Part shown: one piece after another, positions 50,763 to 61,375 of the stretch
Position numbering within the stretch: position 1 is the first letter of the stretch
How the letters are laid out: each line of letters starts with the position of its first letter
From: Bacteroidia bacterium
GTDB lineage: Bacteria; Bacteroidota; Bacteroidia; AKYH767-A; OLB10
Assembly (NCBI GenBank): GCA_016788065.1
Contig: JAEUTI010000026.1
Coordinates: forward strand, 2,290-66,289
Direction: 5' to 3'
DNA length: 64,000 nucleotides
Translations under genes and position numbers: made by a program
Notes under the pieces: generated by a model
Databases searched by the model: none
The model's input: the letters and a program-made list of their open reading frames with translations, nothing else
Told to the model about the DNA's origin: nothing

Positions 50763-52178
50763 ATGAAGAACTTCTTTGCACTTCTTACCAGGAAGAAATT
50801 GTATAATCTGATACCGGAAGATCAACCGGTTTCCAGACAACAATTTGTGCTGTTTCGTATATTTTCTTTTACAGGTGCTTTTGTATGTATTGGTGTTTCA
50901 GCCAAAATGCTGCTTACCATCGATAATGCCGGATATCTTCCCTGGATGATTCTTGCCCTTTGCGCGGTAATGCTTATTAATTTCTACAGCATTCAGACTC
51001 AGGCTGGCTTAAGAAAAGCTTATTTAATTATGCTTGGCTCTGCCGTTGCTTTATTGCACCTTGTATCTTATTCATGCGGAGGAATCCGAACGGCAGGTAC
51101 ATTGTATTTTGGTGTAATTATTTTGTATGCGTACATGTTGCTTGGAAGAAAGTCAGGTAAAGCATTTACAATTGTTGTAATTACACATGTTGCTTATCTC
51201 TTTATTGTTTCAACATTCACCGACTGGACCAGCTTTGATTTTTTTAAGAATGATATAACTTTAATTAATGAAGATTTTCTTGTTAATGCAATAATGTCTT
51301 TTTTCCTGATTGCAGTTCAGGGAAACTATTTACAGAGTAATAAAAATGAAGTAATTCAGGACCTTGACAAAAAGCGAATCCTTCTGGAAGAGAAGAACAG
51401 AATTCTGGAGGAAAAGAATGAATTACTGAATACTTATTCGCACAATCTCGAGAAAACCAACGCTGAACTTCGTAAGTTCGCTTCGGTAGCAGCTCATGAT
51501 CTGAAAGCTCCACTGCGTGCAATTGGAAGTCTGACCGGTTTTATTGAGGATGAAGAGCAACAATTTAAAGGAGAGCAAACACAACAGTATTTTAATCTGA
51601 TTAAAACCAGAGTGAACAGAATGGATCAGTTGCTGGATGCCTTATTGGAATATTCCAACATATCGGATGCTGTTATTCAACCAACTTATTTTAATCCTGA
51701 AGCTGTCATTCATAAGCAAGCACTTGCATGGAAGTCGCATGATGTGGAATTTTCTGTTAGCGGAAGTTTCCCGACACTATTCATTGACGAGAAACATTTT
51801 GCTAAAGTAGTTGGTGCGTTGATTAAAAATGCTGTAGTATTTAATGACAAGCAAATAAAGAAAGTTGTTATTAATGGACGTTTTACAGAAACCGGTTTTT
51901 TTGTGGATGTGATTGACAATGGACCTGGAATTGATCCTGCTTTCCAGGATAAAATATTTATTATTTTTCAAACCTTACAACCCAGAGATACTTTGGAAAC
52001 AATGGGTGTTGGATTACCGGTGTCAAGAAAAATAGCTGAGACCTGGAATGGTGGTGTTACGGTAATTTCCCGTCCCGGAGAAGGAGCAACATTCAGCATC
52101 AGAATTCCGAATAACCTGGTTCAGGAAAAATTACTAAATGGAGAAATGGTGGTTGAAAGTAATATCCCGGGCATTTAA
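50763..52178 (+). CDS. membrane sensor histidine kinase (polytopic N-terminus, coiled coil, HisKA, HATPase)
   Basis: About 6 TM helices. H-box AAHDLKAPLRAI and G-box GVGLPVSRKI. It starts 6 nt after the previous stop. Confidence 0.85.
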   Translation: MKNFFALLTRKKLYNLIPEDQPVSRQQFVLFRIFSFTGAFVCIGVSAKMLLTIDNAGYLPWMILALCAVMLINFYSIQTQAGLRKAYLIMLGSAVALLHLVSYSCGGIRTAGTLYFGVIILYAYMLLGRKSGKAFTIVVITHVAYLFIVSTFTDWTSFDFFKNDITLINEDFLVNAIMSFFLIAVQGNYLQSNKNEVIQDLDKKRILLEEKNRILEEKNELLNTYSHNLEKTNAELRKFASVAAHDLKAPLRAIGSLTGFIEDEEQQFKGEQTQQYFNLIKTRVNRMDQLLDALLEYSNISDAVIQPTYFNPEAVIHKQALAWKSHDVEFSVSGSFPTLFIDEKHFAKVVGALIKNAVVFNDKQIKKVVINGRFTETGFFVDVIDNGPGIDPAFQDKIFIIFQTLQPRDTLETMGVGLPVSRKIAETWNGGVTVISRPGEGATFSIRIPNNLVQEKLLNGEMVVESNIPGI

Positions 52179-52198
52179 TTTTCAATGATACCGGATTA

Positions 52199-53554
52199 TT
52201 AATCCAGTAATTTTCCTGGTTCGCTGTCTTGTTTGATAATACTTATAATGGTATTGAAAATTATTTTCAGATCAAATATAAAAGTCCAGTTATTTATATA
52301 AAAGAGATCAAGTTTCACTCTGTTTTTCTTCATTTCAAAGGCACTGGTTTCGCCCCTGTATCCTTTCGATTGTGCTAAACCTGTTATGCCCGGTTTAATT
52401 TTATGACGGGCCATAAAGTTATCAAGTTCTGCTGAAAAATCTTCTGTATGCTTAAGCATGTGGGGACGAGGGCCAACCACTGACATGTCACCAATAAGTA
52501 CATTGAAAAACTGTGGTAACTCATCCAAACTCGATTTTCGAAGAAACTTTCCAACCCGGGTTATACGTTTGTCGTTGGCTGTTGCCTGAAGTGTATCACT
52601 TTCATTATTCAATTGCATAGTTCTTAATTTAAAACACCAGAACCATTGATTATCGCGCCCCGTTCTACGTTGTTTAAAAAATGCAGGACCCTTTGAATCG
52701 AGCTTTATGATAATTGCAATGATTGGCAATAGCCAGCTAAGTAAAAATACAATCACCAGAGATGAAAATACAATATCGAAAATCCGTTTGATAAGTTGTG
52801 CGTCCCAGTTGTCGAGTGGAGTTGTGTGTACTTTTAATATTGGAACAGAACCAATTTTTTCAAGTTCCAAATCACGGACAGTTACCCATTTGAAATCTGC
52901 AATTAACCTTACCCTTATCAGATTTTCTTCGGCAAACACCATCAGGTCGGCAAGTGTATCGTGTTTGACCAGTGAAATAGAATAGAAAATTTCATGTATA
53001 TTATTGGCTAAGCAATATTGTTTTAATTCATCAAGCTTAGCGCTGCCATCAATTATTTTTCTGATTCTATAGCCATATTCTGGTCGCGAATCCAGAATAT
53101 CCTGCACCTGAACCGGATTATCTTTTTGTGTGATGATAACAATGTTACGATAATTCATGCCACGCTTTCGGGCAAGCTTAATCGCATAATGGAAAAACAA
53201 CCGATATATGAACATGCAAACGAAAAGTGACAGATAGAAAAGAGCAAGGAACTCCCGGGAGTACCTTTGAGATTGCTCAAATACATAGTATGCACATACC
53301 AGCAATACATGCATGGCCATAAGCATCATAAATGATCGGAGTACTATGTAAAAGGTCGAAGTTCGACTGATATCGTATGGCTTAATGATTGATGTTGCAA
53401 ACATCCATGCCAGATTGATATAGAAAAGCATGAAGGTAAAAGGTGGATGATATGCTTCCAGCTTATAGTAATACATAGCAATGTAACAGAGATTCAGTAT
53501 GATAAAATCACTGAAAATATTGATTCGCTTTATGTATTGAGAATATCTGGTCAA
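52199..53554 (-). CDS. polyprenyl-phosphate glycosyl-1-phosphate transferase (WbaP/exopolysaccharide priming sugar transferase)
   Basis: N-terminal TM helices and a C-terminal bacterial sugar transferase domain (KRIFDIVFSS..., DELPQFFNVLIGDMSVVGPRP). TTG start per the track. Confidence 0.85.
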   Translation of the reverse strand: MTRYSQYIKRINIFSDFIILNLCYIAMYYYKLEAYHPPFTFMLFYINLAWMFATSIIKPYDISRTSTFYIVLRSFMMLMAMHVLLVCAYYVFEQSQRYSREFLALFYLSLFVCMFIYRLFFHYAIKLARKRGMNYRNIVIITQKDNPVQVQDILDSRPEYGYRIRKIIDGSAKLDELKQYCLANNIHEIFYSISLVKHDTLADLMVFAEENLIRVRLIADFKWVTVRDLELEKIGSVPILKVHTTPLDNWDAQLIKRIFDIVFSSLVIVFLLSWLLPIIAIIIKLDSKGPAFFKQRRTGRDNQWFWCFKLRTMQLNNESDTLQATANDKRITRVGKFLRKSSLDELPQFFNVLIGDMSVVGPRPHMLKHTEDFSAELDNFMARHKIKPGITGLAQSKGYRGETSAFEMKKNRVKLDLFYINNWTFIFDLKIIFNTIISIIKQDSEPGKLLD

Positions 53555-53803
53555 AATGTGTGCAACCGTTAAGTTCTGGCCTTCTTGTCAGACTTCAAAA
53601 TTAAAAATATTTGTGTTATATCTGAATTAATTCCGTAAACAACCCCATTTCTGGGGTGCAAAGGCTCATTTTTATTGGTATTCTCAAACCAGATTGCTGC
53701 TGATGTAAGAATCGACATATTCATGGATTTTAAAGGGTTTTTTAGTTGAGTAACCAGTTTTTGCCAATCGGTTCATTATCTTAGTCGCATTAAACCGAAA
53801 CAC

Positions 53804-55534
53804 ATGAAATGTAAACATTTCTTTCTGTACCTGTTCCTGATTCTTAGTTTGGCTGAAGCACAGGCTCAACAGCTTCCACACATAATTACACCTGCTGAAA
53901 AACTGGCAGCTCCTGCTTATTTTGGTAGCAAAACAGCATCCCCAAATGCCATAACCACCCCACCTGCATCACCCGTACGCACCATTGCTGAATGGGAGGA
54001 GCTGCAAGGATTTACTATAACATGGACATCCTACCAAAGCATTCTTAAAGAGATAGTACGGTATGCAAAAGAGGAAACCAGAGTATATATAATTTGCTCT
54101 AATGCCACAACAGTGATCAATTATCTTGCATCATATAATATTGATACTGTAAATGTTACATGCCTGCAAGTTCCTTACAACAGTGTTTGGAGCCGCGATT
54201 ACGGGTTGTGGAGTGCATATACCAATGAAGTGGATACACTAATTACAATTGATTGGATTTATAACCGACCCCGACCACTTGACGATGCTATTCCGGCTGC
54301 ATTGGCAACACAGTTGAATACGCCTTTTTATGAAACATCGGTAAATCCCTGGAATCTCATTCATACCGGAGGTAATTTCATGACGGATGGTTTTGGTACC
54401 GGTTTTTCATCGAAATTAATTCTGGATGAAAATCCCTCAAAAACGGAAGCGCAAATTGATACCATCATGAATCGTTTTATGGGAATAAGCCGATACATTA
54501 AAATGGATAAACTCCCTTATGATGTAATCCACCATATCGATATGCACATGAAGTTGCTGGATGAGGAAACCCTACTCATGGGTGAGTATCCTGCCGGGGT
54601 TGCCGACGGACCACAAATAGAGGCCAATTTGCTTTATGTCATCAATAATTTCAATTCTGTTTATGGCACTCCTTATAAAGTTGTCCGCATTCCCATGCCA
54701 GCTGATAATGGCCAATATCCCAATACCAATGGGGATTACTTCACCTATACAAATTCTTCTTTCATTAATAAAACAATCATTGTTCCTACTTACGGCATCC
54801 CTGCCGATACCACTGCTCTTCAAATTTACAGAGAGGCCTTGCCGGGCTATACGGTGGTAGGGATAAATTCACTTGCCAGCATCGGTGCTTTGGGTGCATT
54901 ACATTGTATCACAAAAGAGATTGGAACTTCTGATCCATTATTGATCAGTCACCAACCATTACCTGATACATATGATGATGTAAATCCTTACATCGTTCAG
55001 GCTTACATGAAACATCGGAGTGGTATCGCAAATGCTACACTTTATTATAGAACCGATACGCTTCAACCTTACCTTCAGATTGCCATGGCGCCGGGAAGCA
55101 CCCCTGATTATCAGGTTGCAGCTATTCCTCCCCAGCCGGTGGGAACAACCATCTATTATTATGTAGAAGGAGTAGCAGTTTCCGGTAAGCAACAAGTTCG
55201 GCCAATGCCCGCGCCAGATGGCTACTGGAAATTTAAGGTTTTAGGCGCTGTTGGTATTGAAGAAGAAAATGTGGTCATCCTGCCAAAGGCCCCTTTCCCA
55301 AATCCCGCTAAAGCAATTACTTGTCTGCCCGTTATAGGACAAGTCGGAGAAAAAATCCGAATTTCTATACAAAGTGCTACTGGTCAGCAAGTTATGGTTG
55401 TGTACGATGGAGGAATGCAAGCTGTTGAAAATCACTATTTTATAGATGCTTCTAAGTTAAGCAGCGGCGCATATCTGATTACTTATGAAACCAATTATGG
55501 CATTCACCATCAGAAGCTGATGGTAAGTCACTGA
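53804..55534 (+). CDS. secreted agmatine deiminase / Porphyromonas-type peptidylarginine deiminase family protein with T9SS type A C-terminal domain
   Basis: Signal peptide. VWSRDYG, HTGGNFMTDG and HIDMHMKL motifs. Catalytic Cys in GALHCITKE (codon 54905-54907). The C-terminus is PFPNPAKAITCLPV...GAYLITY. Confidence 0.85.
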   Translation: MKCKHFFLYLFLILSLAEAQAQQLPHIITPAEKLAAPAYFGSKTASPNAITTPPASPVRTIAEWEELQGFTITWTSYQSILKEIVRYAKEETRVYIICSNATTVINYLASYNIDTVNVTCLQVPYNSVWSRDYGLWSAYTNEVDTLITIDWIYNRPRPLDDAIPAALATQLNTPFYETSVNPWNLIHTGGNFMTDGFGTGFSSKLILDENPSKTEAQIDTIMNRFMGISRYIKMDKLPYDVIHHIDMHMKLLDEETLLMGEYPAGVADGPQIEANLLYVINNFNSVYGTPYKVVRIPMPADNGQYPNTNGDYFTYTNSSFINKTIIVPTYGIPADTTALQIYREALPGYTVVGINSLASIGALGALHCITKEIGTSDPLLISHQPLPDTYDDVNPYIVQAYMKHRSGIANATLYYRTDTLQPYLQIAMAPGSTPDYQVAAIPPQPVGTTIYYYVEGVAVSGKQQVRPMPAPDGYWKFKVLGAVGIEEENVVILPKAPFPNPAKAITCLPVIGQVGEKIRISIQSATGQQVMVVYDGGMQAVENHYFIDASKLSSGAYLITYETNYGIHHQKLMVSH

Positions 55535-55655
55535 TAATGAAATGGTAGTAAAAATTTAAGAACCTGCTTCTGATTTTAAAACTTGATTATCAATAATATG
55601 TGAAATTTTGAAGGGATAGCCGTGCATGAGGTTTTTTGGATTCATTGATTTTTCG

Positions 55656-55663
55656 TACCTTTG
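55656..55663 (+). promoter_or_regulatory. Bacteroidota -7 promoter box (TACCTTTG)
   Basis: TAnnTTTG match 35 nt upstream of the yceD-like start. Confidence 0.4.
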
Positions 55664-55697
55664 CCCACTTTCCTAAAGCTTAAATATCGATAAGGTA

Positions 55698-56231
55698 GTG
55701 GATCGTCTGAATAAATATTCGATTCCATTTGCAGGTTTAGCAAAGGGAAGCCATCAGTATGAATTTGATATTGATGATAAGTTCTTTGAATCATTTGAGA
55801 ATTCCGTAATCAAGAAAGCGCGGGTTCATATTGATCTTGATTTTAACAAATCGGAGACAGTATTAACATTGACTTTCAGAATGGTTGGCAGTTTGAATAT
55901 GAATTGCGACCGTTGTCTGGAAGACTTTGATATGCCAATTGACACCACAGAAATAATGCTGGTAAAATTTGGTGAACCGGGTGTTGGAGAAACTGACGAC
56001 ATCATTGTGATCAGTCACAGTGACAGTCATCTCGACATAGCGCAACACATCTATGATTATCTCAGTTTGCAGGTTCCTATGCGGGTAGTTCATCCCGATG
56101 ATGAGTCGGGTAATCCAACCTGTGATCCGGAATTTATTGCGAAGCTGAATGAGATTAAAGAAGAATCACCGGAAGGACCTGTAGATCCACGGTGGGAGGC
56201 ACTGAAAAAACTGGGCTTCAACGAAAATTAA
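55698..56231 (+). CDS. yceD: YceD-family (DUF177) protein
   Basis: CDRCLEDF...P Cys motif and an acidic tail. It has the conserved position upstream of rpmF. GTG start. Confidence 0.8.
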   Translation: MDRLNKYSIPFAGLAKGSHQYEFDIDDKFFESFENSVIKKARVHIDLDFNKSETVLTLTFRMVGSLNMNCDRCLEDFDMPIDTTEIMLVKFGEPGVGETDDIIVISHSDSHLDIAQHIYDYLSLQVPMRVVHPDDESGNPTCDPEFIAKLNEIKEESPEGPVDPRWEALKKLGFNEN

Positions 56232-56264
56232 CTATTTGAATTAACATAATTAAAGAGTACTAAA

Positions 56265-56453
56265 ATGCCAAATCCTAAACACAAACACTCCAAATCGAGG
56301 AGTGCTAAAAGGAGAACCCATTACAAAGCTACAGCTCCTACAGTAGCTATCTGCTCCACTACCGGTGAAGCACATCTTTATCACCGTGCTTACTGGCATG
56401 ATGGTAAAATGTATTATAAAGGTAAAGTGGTGATGGAGCAACCAGCTGCTTAA
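56265..56453 (+). CDS. rpmF: 50S ribosomal protein L32
   Basis: [20 protein letters not shown]-terminus. Size and synteny (yceD-rpmF-plsX) fit. Confidence 0.93.
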   Translation: MPNPKHKHSKSRSAKRRTHYKATAPTVAICSTTGEAHLYHRAYWHDGKMYYKGKVVMEQPAA

Positions 56454-56497
56454 TGCACTGCTCCGCTTAATCATTAATTTCAAACACACAGCCGTTG

Positions 56498-57466
56498 ATG
56501 AGAATTGGCATTGATATGATGGGTGGGGACTTTGCTCCACTGGAAACAACCCTAGGGGCGATCCAGGCGAGGAAAGAACTTGATCCCCGGTACACGCTGG
56601 TTCTTATTGGTAACGAATCCGAAATCCGCGAAATATTTCGTCAGTATCATGCCGATGAAAGCGGATTTGTATTTGTCAATACCAGCCAGGTGATTGGGAT
56701 GGCCGACCATCCCACAAAAGCATTTCAGCAAAAAACGGATTCCAGCATTGCCGTTGGTTTTCATCTCCTGAAGGAGAAGAAAATTGACGCATTTGCCAGT
56801 GCCGGAAATACCGGTGCTATGATGGTGGGCTCAATGTTTGCCGTTAAGCCGGTGCAGGGAATTTTACGTCCCGCAATTTCATCTATTATTCCTAAAGAAG
56901 ATGGTGGTGTTGGAATCATTCTGGATGTTGGTATTAATGCCGACTGTAAACCGGAAGTGATGCAGCAGTTTGCTATTCTTGGTTCCATCTTTGCCGAAAA
57001 TGTGTATCATATTAACAATCCGAAAATCGGATTGATGAGCATTGGTGAAGAAGATGAAAAAGGAAATATCCTTACCAAAGAATCACATCAGTTAATAAAG
57101 ACTACTTCGAATATTAACTTCATCGGGAACCTCGAAGGTCGCGATATGTTTAATAACAGAGCTGATGTAATTGTCTGCGATGGCTTCACCGGAAATGTGA
57201 TGCTGAAACTTGCCGAATCATTCTATTCATTGATCCGCAAACGTGGTATTCATGATGAATATTTCGATCGCTTCGATTTTGAAAATTATGGAGGAACTCC
57301 GGTATTGGGAGTTAATTCCACCGTTATAATTGCCCATGGTATTTCTAATGCCAAGGCTATTAAGAATATGATTTTGCTTTCTAAGGAAGTTGCTGAAGCA
57401 GGACTTGCTGAAAAAATTTCCAAAGCACTTGCCGATACACCGGTGAGTGAACAATTGCCCAAATAA
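56498..57466 (+). CDS. plsX: phosphate acyltransferase PlsX
   Basis: [14 protein letters not shown] start, AGNTGA and CDGFTGN motifs. ATG 56498 preferred over TTG 56495. Confidence 0.93.
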   Translation: MRIGIDMMGGDFAPLETTLGAIQARKELDPRYTLVLIGNESEIREIFRQYHADESGFVFVNTSQVIGMADHPTKAFQQKTDSSIAVGFHLLKEKKIDAFASAGNTGAMMVGSMFAVKPVQGILRPAISSIIPKEDGGVGIILDVGINADCKPEVMQQFAILGSIFAENVYHINNPKIGLMSIGEEDEKGNILTKESHQLIKTTSNINFIGNLEGRDMFNNRADVIVCDGFTGNVMLKLAESFYSLIRKRGIHDEYFDRFDFENYGGTPVLGVNSTVIIAHGISNAKAIKNMILLSKEVAEAGLAEKISKALADTPVSEQLPK

Positions 57467-57471
57467 CGTTT

Positions 57472-58464
57472 ATGGAAAAGACCAGAGCTGCTATTACAGC
57501 CGTGAACGGGTATGTACCCGACTATATTCTTTCCAATCTGGAACTGGAAAAACTGGTCGATACCACCGATGAGTGGATTACCTCCAGAACCGGAATTAAA
57601 GAACGCCGCATTTTAAAAGGTCAAGGTCTGGGTTCATCCGATATGGCTGCTGCTGCTGTGCAGGGCTTGTTGAAAAAGAAAAATATTGCTCCTGAAGAAA
57701 TCGAACTGGTGATTTGTGCTACCACAACTCCCGACATGCAATTTCCTGCTACTGCAAATATTGTGAGTGATAAGGTAGGAATGAAAAATGCTTTTGGATT
57801 CGATATCAATGCTGCTTGCTCAGGCTTTATTTATGCGCTGGTTACCGGATCAAAATATATTGAAAGTGGTCAGTATAAAAAAGTGATTGTTATTGGTGTC
57901 GATAAGATGTCATCTATCATAGATTATACCGATCGCACTACCTGTGTGATTTTCGGTGATGGTGCCGGTGCGGTACTTTTGGAACCTGATCAATCGGGAG
58001 CCGGAATCGTGGACTCTATTCTGAGAAGCGATGGTTCGGGAAGAGTGCATCTTCATCAGAAAGCCGGTGGAAGTGTGTTGCCTGCATCGCATGAAACGGT
58101 GGATGCCAAACAACATTTTGTTTATCAGGAAGGACAAGCGGTTTTCAAATTTGCCGTAACCAATATGGCTGATGTTTCTGCGGAAATTATGGAGCGTAAT
58201 CAATTGAAAGCCGAAGACATAGCCTGGTTGGTGCCACATCAGGCAAACAAAAGAATTATTGATGCCACAGCCCGCAGAATGGGATTGGGCAATGAAAAAG
58301 TAATGCTGAATATTGAGAAATACGGCAATACTACCAATGGTACCATTCCTCTTTGTTTGTGGGAATGGGAAAATCAGTTACATAAAGGCGATAATATCAT
58401 TCTGGCCGCATTTGGCGGAGGATTTACCTGGGGATCAGTTTATATCCGTTGGGCATACAATTAA
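57472..58464 (+). CDS. fabH: 3-oxoacyl-ACP synthase III
   Basis: TSDEWI..RTGI, active-site AACSGF, HQAN, and GNTS/T..P..L motifs. Confidence 0.93.
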   Translation: MEKTRAAITAVNGYVPDYILSNLELEKLVDTTDEWITSRTGIKERRILKGQGLGSSDMAAAAVQGLLKKKNIAPEEIELVICATTTPDMQFPATANIVSDKVGMKNAFGFDINAACSGFIYALVTGSKYIESGQYKKVIVIGVDKMSSIIDYTDRTTCVIFGDGAGAVLLEPDQSGAGIVDSILRSDGSGRVHLHQKAGGSVLPASHETVDAKQHFVYQEGQAVFKFAVTNMADVSAEIMERNQLKAEDIAWLVPHQANKRIIDATARRMGLGNEKVMLNIEKYGNTTNGTIPLCLWEWENQLHKGDNIILAAFGGGFTWGSVYIRWAYN

Positions 58465-58497
58465 TTTATTTATATTTGTTTCAAATACATCATTCTG

Positions 58498-58983
58498 ATG
58501 AACAAGAAAGAGATTGAAGAACTTATAAAGTTCGTTTCAAAAGCCGGTGTGAGCGAGGTTAGTCTCGAACAAAAGGATTTTAAAATTACGATCAAAAACA
58601 GTAGCAGAAATTTTGAGACAATTGTGGCTGCACCACAACAGGTTTTGCAAGCCGCACCTGTTGCCGCTCCTGCTCCTGTGGCTGCTCCGGCGCCTGCAGC
58701 ACCTGCAGCTCCGGTAGCTCCTAAAGCCGATGACGAATCGAAGTTTCATGTGGTGAAATCACCAATGATTGGTACTTTCTACCGCTCTCCGAGTCCAGAT
58801 AAACCCAATTATGTAAATGTGGGTGATGAGGTAAAACAGGGCAAGGTAATTTGTATCATCGAAGCAATGAAGTTGTTCAATGAAATTGAATGCGATATTA
58901 CCGGCAAAATTGTAAAGGTATTGGTAGATAACTCTTCTCCGGTTGAGTACGACCAGCCTTTATTTCTGGTTGATCCTTCCTAG
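58498..58983 (+). CDS. accB: acetyl-CoA carboxylase biotin carboxyl carrier protein
   Basis: Ala/Pro-rich linker and the biotinylation motif EAMKLFNEIE. Confidence 0.92.
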   Translation: MNKKEIEELIKFVSKAGVSEVSLEQKDFKITIKNSSRNFETIVAAPQQVLQAAPVAAPAPVAAPAPAAPAAPVAPKADDESKFHVVKSPMIGTFYRSPSPDKPNYVNVGDEVKQGKVICIIEAMKLFNEIECDITGKIVKVLVDNSSPVEYDQPLFLVDPS

Positions 58984-59019
58984 TCATTAAGACGCTTTCT
59001 ACTATTAATTTGTGTAGCT

Positions 59020-60357
59020 ATGTTTAAGAAAATCCTGATCGCTAACAGAGGCGAAATAGCATTACGTATAATCCGTACCTGTAAGGAAATGGGAATCCGC
59101 ACTGTTGCGGTTTACTCTACTGCCGACAAGGAAAGTCTGCATGTTCGTTTTGCCGATGAAGCCGTTTGTATCGGACCTCCTCCAAGCAGGGATTCTTATC
59201 TCAATATTGCTAACCTGATTGCTGCTGCTGAAATCACAAATGCCGATGCTATTCATCCCGGCTATGGTTTCCTTTCTGAAAATGCGAAGTTCTCCGGCAT
59301 CTGCGCTAAGCACAATATAAAATTTATTGGTGCATCACCTGAGATGATTGACTCGATGGGTGATAAATCGAATGCGAAAGACACTATGAAGAAGGCCGGT
59401 GTACCTACTATTCCGGGTTCTGATGGTTTGCTGAGCAGTGTTGCTGAAGGACAGAAAATTGCAAAGAAAATAGGTTATCCCGTAATTCTGAAAGCTACTG
59501 CCGGTGGTGGTGGCCGCGGAATGCGAATTGTCTGGAATGCTGAAGAGTTTGAAGCAGCATGGGACTCTGCCCGCCAGGAAGCAGGCGCCGCTTTTGGTAA
59601 TGATGGAATGTATCTTGAAAAGTATATTGAAGAACCACGTCATATCGAAATTCAAATCGCAGGCGATCAGTATGGAAAAGCATGTCACCTTTCTGAAAGA
59701 GATTGCTCTATTCAACGCCGTCATCAAAAACTGATTGAGGAAACGCCTTCACCATTCATGACCGAAGACTTACGCGAACGCATGGGTGATGCAGCCATTA
59801 AAGCTGCCCTCGCTGTAAGTTATGAAGGTGTTGGTACCGTTGAATTCCTTGTCGATAAACACCGCAACTTTTACTTCATGGAAATGAATACCCGTATTCA
59901 GGTGGAACACCCGATTACGGAAGAGGTTATTAATTATGATCTGATTAAAGAACAGATTAAAATTGCTGCCGGAATTGAAATTTCAGGTGCCAATTATTTC
60001 CCGAAACTTCATGCTATTGAATGCCGCATAAACGCCGAAGATCCATACAATAATTTCAGACCTTGTCCGGGTAAAATTACCAACCTTCACGTTCCCGGTG
60101 GTCATGGTGTACGCGTCGATTCGCATGTTTATGCCGGATATACTATTCCATCCAATTATGATTCCATGATATCTAAATTGATTACCATCGCACAGTCACG
60201 CGAAGAGGCAATCAATACCATGGAAAGAGCACTGAGTGAGTACGTAATTGAAGGTGTGAAAACCACCATCCCTTTTCACGTGCAATTGATGCAAAACCCC
60301 GACTTCCGCGCAGGTAATTATACAACGAAGTTCATGGAGAGCTTCAAACTGTTGTAA
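59020..60357 (+). CDS. accC: acetyl-CoA carboxylase biotin carboxylase subunit
   Basis: [33 protein letters not shown]. Confidence 0.95.
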   Translation: MFKKILIANRGEIALRIIRTCKEMGIRTVAVYSTADKESLHVRFADEAVCIGPPPSRDSYLNIANLIAAAEITNADAIHPGYGFLSENAKFSGICAKHNIKFIGASPEMIDSMGDKSNAKDTMKKAGVPTIPGSDGLLSSVAEGQKIAKKIGYPVILKATAGGGGRGMRIVWNAEEFEAAWDSARQEAGAAFGNDGMYLEKYIEEPRHIEIQIAGDQYGKACHLSERDCSIQRRHQKLIEETPSPFMTEDLRERMGDAAIKAALAVSYEGVGTVEFLVDKHRNFYFMEMNTRIQVEHPITEEVINYDLIKEQIKIAAGIEISGANYFPKLHAIECRINAEDPYNNFRPCPGKITNLHVPGGHGVRVDSHVYAGYTIPSNYDSMISKLITIAQSREEAINTMERALSEYVIEGVKTTIPFHVQLMQNPDFRAGNYTTKFMESFKLL

Positions 60358-60404
60358 GAATCCGGGTAGTAGTTAGTTCTTCTTAACTTTTAAAATGTAC
60401 CATC

Positions 60405-60974
60405 ATGTTTGATCTGCATATCAAGGATATTATTACCGTTTCCATGATTCTTTTTGCAGTAATCGATATCATTGGGTCCATTCCTGCTATCATTCAGATC
60501 CGTCAGAAGGTTGGCGATATTCATCCTGAAAAAGCAACGCTGGTTTCTCTTCTGATCATGATGCTGTTTCTCTTTCTGGGGGAAACAATCTTAAAATTCC
60601 TAGGCCTCGATCTCCCTTCTTTTGCCATCGCCGGTTCTTTCGTACTTTTCTTCCTTGCGCTTGAAATGATTCTCGGAGTAAAGATTTATAAAGATGAAAT
60701 GCCCGCAACGGCATCCATTGTCCCTATAGCATTTCCTCTTATTGCCGGTGCCGGAACCATGACTACACTTTTATCCCTGCGGGCTGCTTACGACAGTATT
60801 ACCATCATTATTGGAGTTGTGCTAAATCTCATTCTGGTTTACCTGTGCCTTAAAAACCTCCGTTTTCTTGAGCATTTGCTGGGGCCGGTTGGAATTGGGG
60901 TTGTGCGAAAAGTATTCGGATTTATTTTGCTGGCAATCGCTGTAAAGCTCTTCCGTACAAGTCTCAATATTTAA
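60405..60974 (+). CDS. MarC-family (UPF0056) integral membrane protein
   Basis: About 6 TM helices, with the ID..G..P and P.A.PL.AGPG/AG patterns typical of the MarC family. Confidence 0.75.
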   Translation: MFDLHIKDIITVSMILFAVIDIIGSIPAIIQIRQKVGDIHPEKATLVSLLIMMLFLFLGETILKFLGLDLPSFAIAGSFVLFFLALEMILGVKIYKDEMPATASIVPIAFPLIAGAGTMTTLLSLRAAYDSITIIIGVVLNLILVYLCLKNLRFLEHLLGPVGIGVVRKVFGFILLAIAVKLFRTSLNI

Positions 60975-61315
60975 CCGCCGTTTTTATTCCTGTAGCTGCC
61001 ATTTTCCAATCGTCATAATTACAGACCTATCTTTAATTAATAGGCTGATACCCTTATCAACACGGGTTTGTTAACAATTACGGGGTGTTTGAATCGTAGG
61101 GGCTTAAATGTGTTTTTATTTTACATGCTGAAGTAGTCCGTAAAATTACTTCTGCCCGAAAGGGAGTTTTCCCTTTAAAAACATGTACTCACATCTCTTA
61201 AACTGCCCGAAAATGACTCTCAACAACACCTAGCCTACCAGATTTCTTAGCGTCACTCTGATATTACTCAGAGCAGATTTTTTATTGCCATTGGCTTCAT
61301 AAAGCTATTGGCAAA

Positions 61316-61334
61316 ATGTGCATTTAGTGCACAT
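61316..61334. promoter_or_regulatory. perfect inverted repeat ATGTGCA-N5-TGCACAT (candidate operator)
   Basis: 7-bp arms with a 5-bp spacer, 42 nt upstream of the ATG at 61376. Confidence 0.3.
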
Positions 61335-61375
61335 ACCAGCTATCAATCAAATCATCTCTTATTCTTAAACACACT

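Noticed and set aside
58650-58730. Ala/Pro-rich repetitive stretch
   Set aside because: This is the normal flexible linker of the biotin carboxyl carrier protein, not an independent repeat element.
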